The notes below the pieces were generated by a model. It had not been told where the DNA came from. It saw only the letters and a program-made list of their open reading frames with translations, and ran no database searches. Shown one piece after another: positions 48,988 through 61,473 of a stretch of 64,000 nt of DNA. The number at the start of each line of letters is the position of its first letter. The first letter of the stretch is position 1. A program made the translations under genes and the position numbers. Source of the DNA: Chlorokybus atmophyticus (Eukaryota; Plantae; Mesostigma and Chlorokybus algae). The DNA is taken from positions 170,482-234,481 of the forward strand of contig RHPI01000732.1 of NCBI GenBank assembly GCA_009103225.1, read 5' to 3'.

Positions 48988-50390
48988 ATGTATCCCGTTC
49001 CTGAGGATTTATCCTATGAGCCATCAAGTGATGAGGAAGTGAAGCACTCAGAAACGAGTGGTAGTTACAGTGTCAGTGAAGAGGAAGAAGCCAAGTCCAA
49101 GAGTGGTGAAGCTTCTTCAAAGAAGTCCTCTCCTGATGACCAACCTATGGACGCTCAGAGCATCATCGGCGCGGCCATAGCGAAGTACGCATCAGAGCGT
49201 GAAGCTCTTCTTGCTGCACACCCCCAACTTCGCAAGGAAGTGTGGGATGAGTGGGCGCAGCAAGTGCGTGATGCATATGACACGGACTTTGCGGCAATCC
49301 CGCGCGCAAGCAAGAAGATGGTGATTCGCATGATCGAGCAAAAGTTGACGCGTAATGTACCGCAACTCATGCGCACAAATCCAGCAGTGGCCACTCTCAT
49401 GGCCACTTATGTCAAACCAGGCCCGTATCCAGGCCAGAGGATGGCGTTTGAGGCTTTCACCTTATTGATGGTGGAAACTCAGAAGCGGTGCCTCTTCTGG
49501 TACTTAGGGCCTGAGCTGAAGGAGAAGTTAGCTCGAGAAGAGCGCTTGACTGCACGCCTCGGTGCTATGCAGTCCGAGTTGGTGGCATTACGCCAGCAGG
49601 TGGCAGGGGCTACTACTACTGTAGTAGGGACATCAAATGGCCTTGCCGTCACAACGCTGAACAAGCCCAAGAAGTTTAAGCCCAATGGGGCTGTGAACAT
49701 TCATGATTGGGTGGTGAATGAAAAGCGCTACTTGGCTGCACTTCAGCGACCAGTTAGTGCATACATCTGTTGCTGAGTTGCTCATGCCACCTGACGCTTT
49801 GGCCGAGTGGGCGCGTCAAACAGAGGATGGTGCTTCCAACACTGTGGAGGCATCGTTTCAGTTCTTGGTGGAGCGCTATGGTGGCATGGACCCGGCTACT
49901 GCTGCTCGCAACAAGCTTACCAAGCTGCGACCAAATGGTCGGGCGGCTTCAGTGTACTTGCGCGAGTTTCAGGCACTTGTTGGCCGTGTCAACAGTGGCT
50001 CATGCCCTTGGACAAGGCTGAGCAGTTTGACCAGTACAAGGGCGGCTTGGATGCGCGCTTGCGCGACCAGTGCTGTACAACACGTCGACGGGGCAACCGT
50101 GGGTTCCCGCGGACCTCGCAACCTTGCAGAGGTTGAGTGTGCATCTGTTCAACGACGATGCTGCGGCTGTGCAGGACAAGTCACAGGTGGTGGCTTCAGT
50201 CAAGCCACATGGGGGAGGGGGGAAGCGGTTCCCTCCACAAAGTGCGCATGCGGCGAAAAGGCCAAAACCTCATACGCACCTGCGAGTGGTGCTACGCCTA
50301 TTGCAGCACGCGCCTGTTACGTGTGCCATCAGCCACATTGCGAAGAACTGCCCAACTAAGGGAAAGGGCAAGGCCAAGAAGGTTGAATAG
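48988..50390 (+). pseudogene. gag: gag of the chromovirus (frameshifted, with degenerate CCHC knuckle)
   Basis: ORF from ATG 48988 to 49776, then fragments (FLVERYGGMDPATAARNKLTKL; ACYVCHQPH/IAKNCP). Confidence 0.8.
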
Positions 50391-50789
50391 GATTACGTCG
50401 TGACTCATGTACCTTCATCTAGTGGCTAGTTGCTAGTATTACAGCAAACTGGTTTGATAAATTGTCTCGTGTACATGTAATGACACATGCATGGCAAGCA
50501 CATGATAAGCTGCCACTTTTTGATGGTGAAAAAGTGGATGACCAGGCTTGTGTGCTAGTGCATGTAGAATTTAACATGCTAAGAGAAGTTTTGCGCACAT
50601 TGTGTGAATTATAAAATAAACACACGACACTGAGTGTGGTTGTCATGGTGCCCAAGTATCATGGACCATGGCTAAAGCATACTCGGGGCGGAACTGTGTT
50701 GAAACACTTCACAAAGCGTGAGACGGTAACAGTGCGGTTGTCAGCAATATTGATTAACCCACGCATTAATCACGGAATCTTGGCTACCT

Positions 50790-53700
50790 TTTAAGGGCGA
50801 GTAGTACCTTTATTGTGAACCTTCACAGGCAAGGCACAGAGTGTTACTAGCTCGTTTTTGGTTGACACCGGGGCAACGCATAATTTCGTCGAAGATAAAT
50901 GGGTTATGCGCAATAAGATAGCGTGTAAACCCTCAGCCTTCTCAGCTGCTGGTGCTGGGGGTATGTTATCGGTAAAAGGTGAAATCAAGTTGAAAGTCAA
51001 GATTGGTAAATATTAAGCCGATTTAACTTTCATCGTAGTACCCATTAACATAGTTGGTGTTGATGTGGTATTTGGCCAAGAATGGCAAAATCAAGTGTCT
51101 ATGACATTGGATACTGCTGCACGGCTGTGCACAGTAAAGAAGGGGCGTAAGCGCATCACTTTGTCCGTGCAGGGGTCGCATAGCTTGGAATACAAGCAAA
51201 CGGACCCTGCATTACTTACGGCGCTTCAAGTGAATCGTGCATTACGTAAAAACACACCTGCTTTTCTAATGCACCTGACGTCGAGTGATGATGTAGTGCC
51301 TGGTAATACGGAAGGTGTGGCGGACATTATTGAGAAGTTTTACGACGTATTCTCAGATGAATTGCCGGGCTTGCCCCCTGATCGAGGTGTTGGACCCACA
51401 ATACCTTTAATTTATACAGGTTGAGCCCTAATGAGAGGGGGGAAATGGAAACACTGATAAAAGAGTCATTGAAAAAGGGATTGATTGAACCAAGTTCTTC
51501 ACCCTTTGGCGCAACCATATTGTTTGTTTGTATAAAAAAGAATGGGAAGTTGCGCATGTGTGTGGATTACTGTGCTCTAAACAAGATCACGGTAAATAAC
51601 ATTTACCCGTTGCCAAGGATTGATGATGTGTTTGACGAGTTGTCAGGGAACGCGTACTTTAGTACGCTAGACTTGACAAGCGGCTATCATCAAATCCGGA
51701 TTCATCCTTCGGATGTCTATAAGACAGCATTTATGACACCTACGGGCCATTATCAATACAAAATGTTACCTTTGGAATTGACTAATGCACCCGCTGTGTT
51801 TCAGAAGGAAATTAATTAAAATTTCGGTGATATGCTTGGTCAACATGTCATGACATACTTGGATGACATCATTGTCTTTAGTAGAACAAAGGAAGAACAT
51901 AGGCAACACTTGGAAGCGCTGTTTGCAAGATTGCGCAAGCATCGTTTGTTGGCAAATCTCATCTAGTGTGATTTTTGTAAAACGGAGTTGCCCTTCCTTG
52001 GTCACACTTGTGAGTGGTGCGGGTATCAAACCTGACCCTCGCAAAGTGCAGATTGTGACAGAGAGGCCCCAACCTCAGAGTGTCCATCACCTAAGGTCGT
52101 TTCTGGGGTTGGCAAACTACTACTTTTGCAAGTTCATGATGGGGTACTCGACAGTTGTCATGCCTTTGACCAAACTGTTGCGTAAAGATGCCCTGTTTAC
52201 TTGGACAACAGCACAAGAAGCTGCTATGCAAAAGGTGAAGTTGGCTTTAACAACAGCGCCGGTGTTAGCACTGCCAAATTGGGACAAACACTTCACAGTG
52301 GTCAGTGACGCATCAACACTTGGGTGTGGTGCGGTCTTATTGCAAGATGGTAGACCTTGTCCTTATGAGTAGGAATTTCACTCCTGCAGAGGTGAACTAC
52401 ACTACGACAAAGCAAGAACTATTGGGTATAGTTCATGCTCTTAAGACATGGAGATGTTACTACAGGGTGTTCAGTTCACTGTTGTGATTGATCACAACCC
52501 ATTGGTGTATTTCTCGACACAGCAGAACTTGTCGAGACGGCAAGCGCGCTGGAATGAGTTTTTATCCAGGTTTACCTTCGATTGAGTGTATCGGCCGGGC
52601 AGAACCAATGTGGCTGACCCTTTGAGTCGCTGCCCGTCATTACTGGCGGTGATGCGCGCGCAGTTACTCGCGACACGCAGCACATTGTCTCCCGATGATA
52701 AGTTTGTGCAAACTGTTGTATGGGCGTACACTTTAGAGCCGTGGTTCCAATGCAGACAACTTACAAAAGTTTGACAAACGTGACAATCTGTATTACATGA
52801 GCAACAGTTTGGTGATACCTGATCATGCTGAACTGCGTGTAAAATGCATAGTGGATATACACGATCCACCGTATGCTGGGCACTTTGGTAGTCGCAAGAC
52901 CACTAAGGCAGCGCAACAGTTGTATTGGTGGCCATCGTTGCCTGCTGATGTGAAGCGGTATGTGGACACGTGTGACAAATGTCAACGTGACAAACCGTTA
53001 CGTCAAAAGCTCGCTGGGCTACTGCGGCCGTTACCAGTTCCTGACAGCAAGTGGGAAAGTGTGAGTATGGACCTTATCACTGAGCTGCTTAACACAGCGT
53101 TGGGTCATACTGCGGTTGCAGTGTTTGTGGATCGTTTGATCAAAATGGTTCACATTGTTCCTTACCGTACGGAGATAGGCTCACGTGATCTAACGATGGT
53201 TTTTGTCGCGTCAGTGTTCAAGTTGCATGGCTTGCCTCGCAACATTGTCTCTGGCCGTGACCCGAGGTTTGTGGCTCAGTTTTGGAAGTCGCTATGCAAC
53301 TTCCTGCAGATACAGCAGCACATGAGTACCGCTTATCATCCGCAGACTGATGGTCAAACTGAACGCGCCAATCAAGTGATTGAGGAAACCATTCGGCATT
53401 ATGTGAGTCCGAATCAGTCCGATTGGGAAATTTATCTTCCAATGGCTGAGTTCGCGATTAACAATGCATGGCAAGAGTGTGCAAGAAACTCCGTTTTTCT
53501 TAAATTACGGAGTGCATTCATAAAGTCCTTGGAGTAGTAAATTGCCGGTCTAACGACTTGACTCGCGTGCCTGCAGCGCGCGAGATGGCTGCGGCCATGC
53601 AAGACAGGTTAGCGTTGGCAAAGAGCTGTCTGCGCGCAGCGCATGACAGACACAAAGCCCAGACGGATAAGCATTGTAGGCAGGCCAACTATGATGTGGG

Positions 53701-54129
53701 CAATTCGGTGCTTTTGAGCACCAAAACATATCTATCAAGGGAGTGGGTACCCGAAAGTTTTCCCCTTGCTGGATAGGCCCCTTTAAAGTGGTTGATCGGG
53801 TCGGCACTCACGCGTATCGTTTGGAGTTACCACAATCCATACGTATACATAACGTGTTTCATGCGAGTGTACTGAAACCGTACCGTTCAGACGGTCGGGT
53901 TCAACCTCCTCCACCCTCTGTCGCAGTGGATGGCAATGATACTTTCGAGTATGAGGTGGAAGCAATCCTGAGTCATCGTAAGCCCCAACGCAGACGCGCG
54001 CCGACTTACTTGGTAAAATGGAAAGGGTATGGTGTTGAACACAACACGTGGGAACCTGAAAGGAATCTTACCAACCGTCAAGAGATTCTTCGGGCGTACT
54101 GGAGTGATGTGTCCGCACGCGGACGGTAA
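50790..54129 (+). pseudogene. pol: pol of the chromovirus: protease, RT, RNaseH, integrase, chromodomain (interrupted)
   Basis: ORF fragments 51421-51819, 51863-52372, 52797-53537 and 53743-54129 (YEVEAILSHR...YLVKWKGYGVEHNTWEPERNL). Confidence 0.95.
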
Positions 54130-54239
54130 AAGGGTGCTGGCAGACATCTGTACCGCTTCGGCCTTGATTTTTGTCTCACTCAGGTTTTCGGTGCTCACGG
54201 TGGAACCTTGCTAACCCTTTAATGAGGACATTGATACCT

Positions 54240-54252
54240 AAGTAGGGGGGAA
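54240..54252 (+). promoter_or_regulatory. Polypurine tract
   Basis: aagtaggggggaa immediately before the 3' LTR TG at 54253. Confidence 0.85.
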
Positions 54253-54613
54253 TGTAACGGGATGCTACCGATATGCGGTTCCCCGCCCTTATTTAATAAG
54301 AAATAAGGGTCCCAACGGGGTAAACACAGCCATTAGAGTCGTATCAGGGTCTTTATAGGCCCTAATAAGGTGTTATGCTATGTACCACTGATATCGACTT
54401 GAGACTCATGTCTCAAGTCCATATCGGCCGCATGGCGGTGCTGCTAACGCAGCGACCGCCATAGCTAGGGGATCTCTATCTTTCGATCCCCTGGCTGCCA
54501 GGGGATCGAAAGATAAAGATCCCCTGACTGCCAGCGGCGGCGGCGGCGACGTGGCTGTGGTGATGGTGTTGGGGTAGGGGATCAAAGGGGGCGGTAGCAA
54601 CCCCCTTCTAACA
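54253..54613 (+). repeat. 3' LTR (longer than the 5' LTR because of an internal inverted duplication)
   Basis: tgtaacgg...cccccttctaaca; extra sequence at about 54468-54524. Confidence 0.93.
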
Positions 54614-55299
54614 GACTTACGCAGCTTGTGAATCCCCTTGTTCGTCGACATACTGGTTTCATTGAGTAGCGCTACACTTTATGATTGCGGGCTTTAACTT
54701 GAGATCAGATCACGTTTTTAGGGTATGGTATACACGACAGAGGGGTCATATATATATATATGCGTGTGTGTTTGTGTAATAACAATAACAAAGCAAGCAA
54801 GCAAGCATATTATCCATAAAACGAAACAATTAAACCAATTACTTAAAACCACACCACACGTCTACATGTGAATATGTTACCATGTTAAAAACTTGATTGA
54901 GTGAAATTACACCGCATATAAAACAAATGCACATTATTGTAATGGATTACATTACATATGAATAAGCATGATCATGTATCTCATTATAATAATTAAGAAT
55001 CATGCATATAATCGATGCATAGATGGTGCAATACATATTTCACCGATTTGATGCGTGCAACAACGCCCAAAAGCTGTGAGTGTTGACTCAACACTCCCAT
55101 CACTGCTAGGACTCCCCAACTTGGGAGGCTGTGTAAGTTACACAGTGTAACATGTCGTTTATGATCATGGGCTTTTTCAAGTCCCAAACACGTTCCTTCA
55201 ATTATTCCCGACTCACATCTAGCACAAGTCAGGACTAACTGCGATCAAGACACGCATTCCAGACCTCGGTTAGTGGGGTGGAAGGCGCCGTGCAGCAGG

Positions 55300-56588
55300 A
55301 TGGCGGCTGCGGCGGTGGCGGTGGGGTCGGCCAGGAGGGGGCTGTTGAAGTTGTTGCTTCCAAGCAGCAGCAGCGGATCTTGCAGACTGTACGCCGCCGC
55401 CGCCGGTCCCACCGGCAGCTTGACAGACCCAACGGTGACAGGCGGCCTGGCCGGCGGTGACTCCACGTCAGGCCCGCCGCCGGAAGTGGCAGAAGATTCC
55501 GTCAAAGAAAGGAAAGGCTTGCTGGACGCTCACACAGCCAAATGGATGCAGGTGCTTCGCGAATGGCTAGGTGTACAGTGCTGTGACCATCTCTAGTTGT
55601 AATGAGTCATCACCCATATCATCAACAGTATGGTTGCCTCCCTCCACAACTGTATGTTGCTCGTTAACATTGTGATTTTCCTCTCATAGCCTTGCTGTGC
55701 TCTGCTGTGTGCATGCGTGCTGGAGGTCAAGTCAACGTACGTCAGCTCGCAACGTACATGAGCGCTACCAAGTCGCGAGTAACAGCGTATGCAAGTTGTC
55801 GAAACTTACTTCAATCCCAATTGTGTCCCAAACCGTAATTGAAAACCAGACCCCAATCCCAGCATCAGATGTGACGACACTAGCAGACGCATGCAGCTCC
55901 AAGTTGTCCTAGTTTTCGCTTTCCAAGCAGTGTTTTTTTTTGACAAACGCACCATATTATTTATGTTTGAGTCTAATTGTTGAGCAGTAGACCATTGGCG
56001 TTTGATAGCTGATGTGCATGCTGTCATGCTGCTGTTTGCTGGTTATAGTTCCTGGTCATGCTTTTCCAAAACAAGTGTGTGGCCTGTCATCGTATACATG
56101 TTGTTGTGGTGCACAGCTCTTGAAATATGCAATGCATTAGGAACTCAACTTTGTCGTACGCCCTCAGCTGTACGCCAAGTATTCGTCAAGCAACCTGCAG
56201 TTCGTGACCTGTTGTTGCTATGTAAGTGTGCTTAGTAACCGCTGCCACTGCGTCCCTCAGAACACGTCTCTAAAGTCGCCCATGGAGAGGATTTGGGCTG
56301 CGCCTCCCATCAAAGTGCATGGAATGATTGCTGCTTGCGAAGGCGGTAAGGAATGCAACCCCTGCCTGCAGTGACAAGCCGTTGTTGTTGTTGTTGCTGC
56401 TGCTGCTGCTGCTACTGCATATGCACTATATGATCCATACGTAGTAAAGCGTAAAGCGTTTGCTTGCATTGTCAGGTACTGATCCAGCTGTGGGTCATCC
56501 TCTGGAGTTTATTCAGCTTTTGCCAGGCCAAGAAGCCATCTGTAAGTATTGCGGGCTGCGGTATTTCCCCGATACCCATGCACATTAG
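55300..56588 (+). CDS. NDUFS6: Mitochondrial complex I 13-kDa zinc-finger subunit (3 exons: 55300-55551, 56270-~56345, 56476-56588)
   Basis: Mitochondrial-type presequence then DAHTAKWMQNTSLKSPMERIWAAPPIKVHGMIAACEGGTDPAVGHPLEFIQLLPGQEAICKYCGLRY, matching plant NDUFS6 (HTAKWMQD..KKSPMELI.EVPPIKV.GRIVACEG...GHP.EFI...CKYCGLRY). Confidence 0.96.
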
Positions 56589-57192
56589 TGTAGCACGCAC
56601 GCTGTAGTATTATGTCATTTGTAGGAATTCTTCAAGATGAGCTTCTGAGATGCGGTCTCTTGTGCGACATTTGCCGTGAGTATTGCAACACTTGCGTGCA
56701 TGGCAGTATATCTTCTGTCATTGCATTGCCGCAGTCCATTGGCATAACATGGCGACTTCGCCTGGGAACAGCATGCAAGAGGCCAATTCTGCGACTCAAG
56801 AAAGTGTACACAAATGCATATGCTCACAGTGCATACTGACCAGTCAGCATGAATGAGTTGCCATATCCGTACCAACTTGCTATTCACAGCTGACGCATTG
56901 AGTTAGCACTGGCAGCAAATGTTGCAAAATTAGTATGGGGAACACGCACAAATTCTCATGCGTATATGAGGCAGCAAATGCAAAAGTATCCACAAGGCTG
57001 TGACATACTTCCAATCAGCATTGACCAAGTTAGCAGAACAACGATTCAAAGTGAAAATTGATAAACTTAACACCAACAAAGCACGCCAACAGCATGTTCA
57101 AACAATGAACATGCGCAAGAAGAACTAACAGGAATCAACAGGAATTTCCGACAAGCAGAAACTGCCATGAGGCAATGGCCTGGCAACAGCAA

Positions 57193-59682
57193 TCACGGCA
57201 ACACGTTGGGCGCCTGCCACGCTGTAGCACAATACCTCCAATCCGCTTCAATCTCCAATGCATACTCATCCGCAACGCGCCAAACAGTCTCAGCAAACTC
57301 GTCTTCATGGCCTGCCCACACAATACATCAGCTTCAACGATGCACAGACATGATGAGGCAAGTTTGGCTGCAAGGCTCGCAATTGAAGTAGTGAACACCC
57401 AAGTTGTTACATAAGATCATGTTGCAATCGCAACTACTTTGCCCGTATAACAATCACTTCACCAGCGGTCAAGTTGAGAAACTCGTTGCGGAATGTGCCA
57501 AGCCCCATTTTTGGTTCGGTGTCGCGCTGGGCGTACAGTTGCGTGGAAGCGAGTATGGTGCACATCTGTTCCGAAAGCTGGATGAACTCCTTGGCGTCTT
57601 CCAGCAGGAAACGCCTCTCATCCTTCTTGATGTCATCGGCAAGCAGCGGGTAGGACGCTTTGAAGGGGGAACGCTCTCTGACCGAGTAGTAACCGTCGGG
57701 AAGGCTGAAGTAACCAAGGAAGCGATCCGGTTCTGGAACTAGCGCCTGATACACCGCAGCATGCCGCTCACCGTCATTCTTGAAAGTGTTCAGGAGCTCA
57801 ACACGCTTCTTTGTGGAAAGGTAGCCGAAGCCAACCGGAGGCGATTGTCGTTTGGCATCCAGGATGCGGGTTGCATTTTCAACGCCTTCAAGCAATATAT
57901 AGTACCTACAGGTTGACACAACCATTGCAGCACCATTGCTTGAGTTGTGCCGAAACAAGTTGTATACATACAACATGCGTACACGCAAGGACACACGGCT
58001 CTAGCTTGTGTTGGTTGTACCTGGGTGTGCCAAGGCTGCCAGTGCCAGCAAGCCAGCGCTTGGCAACATCAAGGACATGCCATGACTGTGATGGGTCGAA
58101 TGCCAGCGTGCGGTTGGCAAGTGTTGTTCTGTACGCAAACATGCTTGCTTCAATCATCATACGCTCAGTAGTGTCGCGAGCCAGCGGAGAGAGCTTTCCC
58201 TTGATGTGCCTGAATCTGATAAGAAAAGACATCTGAGTAACAATGATGTGCAAACAAGGACATGTGACTCCAACTCAATCCAGTCATGCACCAATCTACC
58301 TGCGCCTGCCCTTGGTGTCTAATTCCGTCCACTTATCCAACATGGCCTGCCTTGTTGAAGTAATTGCCACATACTCTGTCCACAACGATAACGGTCCCTT
58401 CATGTTGGCAGCCGTGAACACTGCATCCTCAGGGCCTCTGTACCTTCTCACCTGAGCAAGCCGCAAGCACAGTTAATAGTGCATTGCTTTGCAGTATACA
58501 ACTGATACTGAATCTAGTATGTGCATTAACTTGAGATTGTGCTCACCGCTTCTGCATATGACAAAGCGCAGGCACGTATGGCCGTCTTGTGTGCAGCAGC
58601 GCCAAGGGCAGTGGCATTTGTAGCATCGTTGTGACGGGCGATTAGCACGAGAGATGCTACAAGCCGCCACAAGTCGTACTGGTAGTCGCCTACCATGCCC
58701 TCATCAAAGTCATTAGGGATGAACACAATCCTGCCCGACGCATCTGCAGCAACCTGTCAAACGGCATGTCAAGACCAGGAAGGTGCTTTGCATACATGTG
58801 TGATCAACATCCATGCGGCAGACACACATGCAAGCATTTGTGTTTGTGCGGTTGCGCGGGCATGTGCATGACACACATGCATGCACATACCCCAAAGTTG
58901 TAGGCATGTGCATCGCCAGTGAGCCATGTCTTTGTTTCGGGGCTGCCGAAACGATCCAACCGCCAGTCACCACTGCAAATTAACCCAAATCAAACAAGCT
59001 GACCCGCACAGATGTGCACAGGCTATGGTCTGGCCAGTGGCAGTAGAAATATATCAGGCAGCGCACCTGAAATCTCCCCAGTAAAGGTGACATGTCCCTG
59101 CAGATCAACGGTCGTTAGCCTTCTGAACATACATGCTGTGCATAACTCTTGTTGACATGAAATTTGCACGTGCAAACACAGTGGATATGGCGCGAACCAG
59201 GTTGGATGGACGATTGCACAAACCTCTGAATAAAGCAAATGCGGTTGGAGCCATGGCTTCAAATTTCTTAATCCGGATGCCAGGTTTGAGCTGACTGTTC
59301 CATCTGTAAACTTCTGCCAAAACCTGCAGAAGTTTAAGATCAGCTGCGAGTAAGACTGCAACTCTTTACACATTTCACGACAGTAGCATATGTGGATCAA
59401 TACGACACACAGCCATAACACTAGCTTCTACACCTACTCAGATGACAACACGCACATGTTTACTTTTTCCGCTCTTCTGTTGTCAGCTGTCTTCAGTGGG
59501 TTTCCGTCAGCTGAGTAGTCGCTTATGAAGGAAGGGAACTTCTCGGCATTCTGCGCCGCATACAGGCACGACCACGACACCTCATGCTTCTTGTGATGGT
59601 GCGCAAGAAGTGACAATGATGATGCAGCTGAGATGGCAACAAATGTCGCCAGCGATGAGACAGCACACAATCCCAGTAGCAT
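57193..59682 (-). CDS. DUF2252 family (protein-kinase-like fold) protein with N-terminal signal peptide/anchor, multi-exon
   Basis: Exons give KFEAMAPTAFALFRGTCHLYWGDF, TKTWLTGDAHAYNFG (58891-58917), IVFIPNDFDEG...DLWRLVASL (58700-58714), DVAKRWLAGTGSLGTPRYYILLEG, RILDAKRQ, YSVRERSPFK, FAETVWRVADEYALEIEADW; N-terminus MLLGLCAVSSLATFVAISAASSLSLLA. Confidence 0.88.
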
Positions 59683-60297
59683 GAGCAGCCTTGGTGTCCG
59701 CCCGCGCCTGTACCCACAATCACCAAGTGTTGGGATATGGCAATGCATGACTCATGCCGTGTAAGCTTTAGCGCAGACTATCGGCAGTTTCTGGCGGCTT
59801 GCCTGACCAAACACGACAGCATCACGAATGAACGAACACATCAAAGCACTGCAAACAGGCTGGTGCGGGCAAGAACCATGGGTACAGTGACACTGAGCAA
59901 AGAGCGTGTCTGCATTTACAATGACGTTAGTTAGCACCCAGTACTGCTTTTACGTGAGCACGTAGCGTCTTGCCTAGCATGAGCACAGCAACTTTACTGT
60001 CGAATGCAAGAACGTAGCGTTTGTGTGCAGTGGCCTGCTGTTGCATTGCATCCAGGTGAGCTTACACCTGACCTTGCTGGCTTCTCTAGAAACGGGTCAT
60101 CCAGCAGCGGTGTCGTCAGCGACTCCATCCTTCTATTTCTCTCAGACAAACTTCAGGCTTACCAAATTGCAGTCACGGGCAATGCTGCTGCCTGCTCAAC
60201 ACACAGTGCCCCACTGCATGTCTATGCGCGCCGACAGCCAGTCAGGTGTCAAGCTGAGGTCGGCAATGCCTGCGACCAGAGCAACCCTACGAGCTTC

Positions 60298-60877
60298 ATG
60301 GCTGCCGCCGCCGCCGCCGCCGCCACCATCGCCACGTGGCAGAACAACCGACGCTTCAGTACTGAGATCAAATCCTCATTACGGTCAGTCCTCATTGCAC
60401 CTCTTGTAGTTCTACCTCACACAGGACCCAGTGTGAACAACTGGCTCATCTACCTGATCATCAGGTCCTGATGAAGTCAAGCATGAACACTGCGGCAAAA
60501 TTGACTTCAAGCTCTTGGGTCCCAAATGGAGCCAGGTGCAACGAATTTTATCTTGTATTGGGACCCTTTTGCTGATGTGGCGAACGCTCATCATTGAAGT
60601 GTGCAAACGGCTTTTTATAGCGTGCTGTTCCCGCGCAAAAAGGGCGGGAAGCTGCAGCAGGCGTTTTATATAAGGCTGCTTGGGCCCGCTGCTCGCAGGC
60701 AGCAGCCTGGCTGAGCAGCTTGAGCTTAGCAGCGCTGTGGACGGCCGCAGCAAGGTGTGGAGAGGCTTGGCAGTTGTTGGCGTGGTGAGCTGTTGCATTG
60801 CTCAAGCTGGTTGTGAAGCTTACGGACAAGCGCAAGCTCAAGCGCAGGCGCAGGTGCAAGGGCAAGCCAAAAGTTGA
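60298..60877 (+). CDS. Candidate small spliced gene between DUF2252 and the lactamase-like gene; unresolved
   Basis: ATG GCT (GCC)n start typical of this genome (MAAAAAAAATIATWQNNRRFSTEIKSSLR), strong donor gtcagt at about 60385, possible downstream exons 60425-60534 and ~60703-60877; the first intron would be unusually short (about 40 nt). Confidence 0.25.
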
Positions 60878-61473
60878 GCTCCAGCGCTAGCTATCTGCCT
60901 TGCCTGGTCAAGCGTCAGCTTAGCCAACAGGCGGAAAGGAGGCTGTGGCAGGGGCAAGCAGCATACGAGAAGCTGCTTGTTGTCTAGTTGCAAGCTGTTT
61001 CGAGCTGCGCAAGCTCGCTGGCTACCGTGCATTGTCGTTGAGCGGTGCTGCTTGACGTCGGATCCAGCTCAGGCGACAGCCATCGGCGATGACGAGCTGT
61101 GAGTTTGCGTGGTGACTGCATTGAAGGTGAGAAATTAGTCTGGATCAAGGTTCCTGGACTAGTGCCTTTAGTGGATCGCAGCAGTTTGGGCATGCTAGTA
61201 TTGTTAAGACTTAACTTGCAAGGTCGGCATGAGCCTGTTGGTTGCATAGGCCCTCGTGTCCAGCTGCCAATGCTTAACGTTAACTGACAATGCGCCAGTT
61301 TGATCATGAAAATGGTACTCTTTCTGCTATGACAGTAGTGGCTTCTGACATGACAGGTTTGCAGGTCTTATTGCTCGCCTTGGTCCGCACATTCGTTGAA
61401 AGCAAGGAAGAGGAGTCTTATCCTACCTGAGAGGAAGGCTGCATTTCGACCTTAGCTTGGTTGTGTTGACATT

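Larger units (their letters stand above)
47882..54613 (+). mobile_element. Full-length but decayed Ty3/Gypsy chromovirus LTR retrotransposon
   Basis: TG...CA LTRs, PBS, PPT, flanks AACTT/GACTT (5-bp TSD with 1 mismatch). Domain order gag, protease (FLVDTGATHNFV), RT (RMCVDYCALNKIT, YPLPRIDD, YLDDIIVFS), RNaseH (SDASTLGCGAVLLQ), integrase (HDPPYAGHFG..C..C, WESVSMDLIT, HPQTDGQTER), chromodomain. Many stops and frameshifts. Confidence 0.97.

Noticed and set aside
49770-50800. Programmed gag-pol frameshift or readthrough signal
   Set aside because: The element has many random stops and indels, so a programmed site cannot be distinguished from decay.
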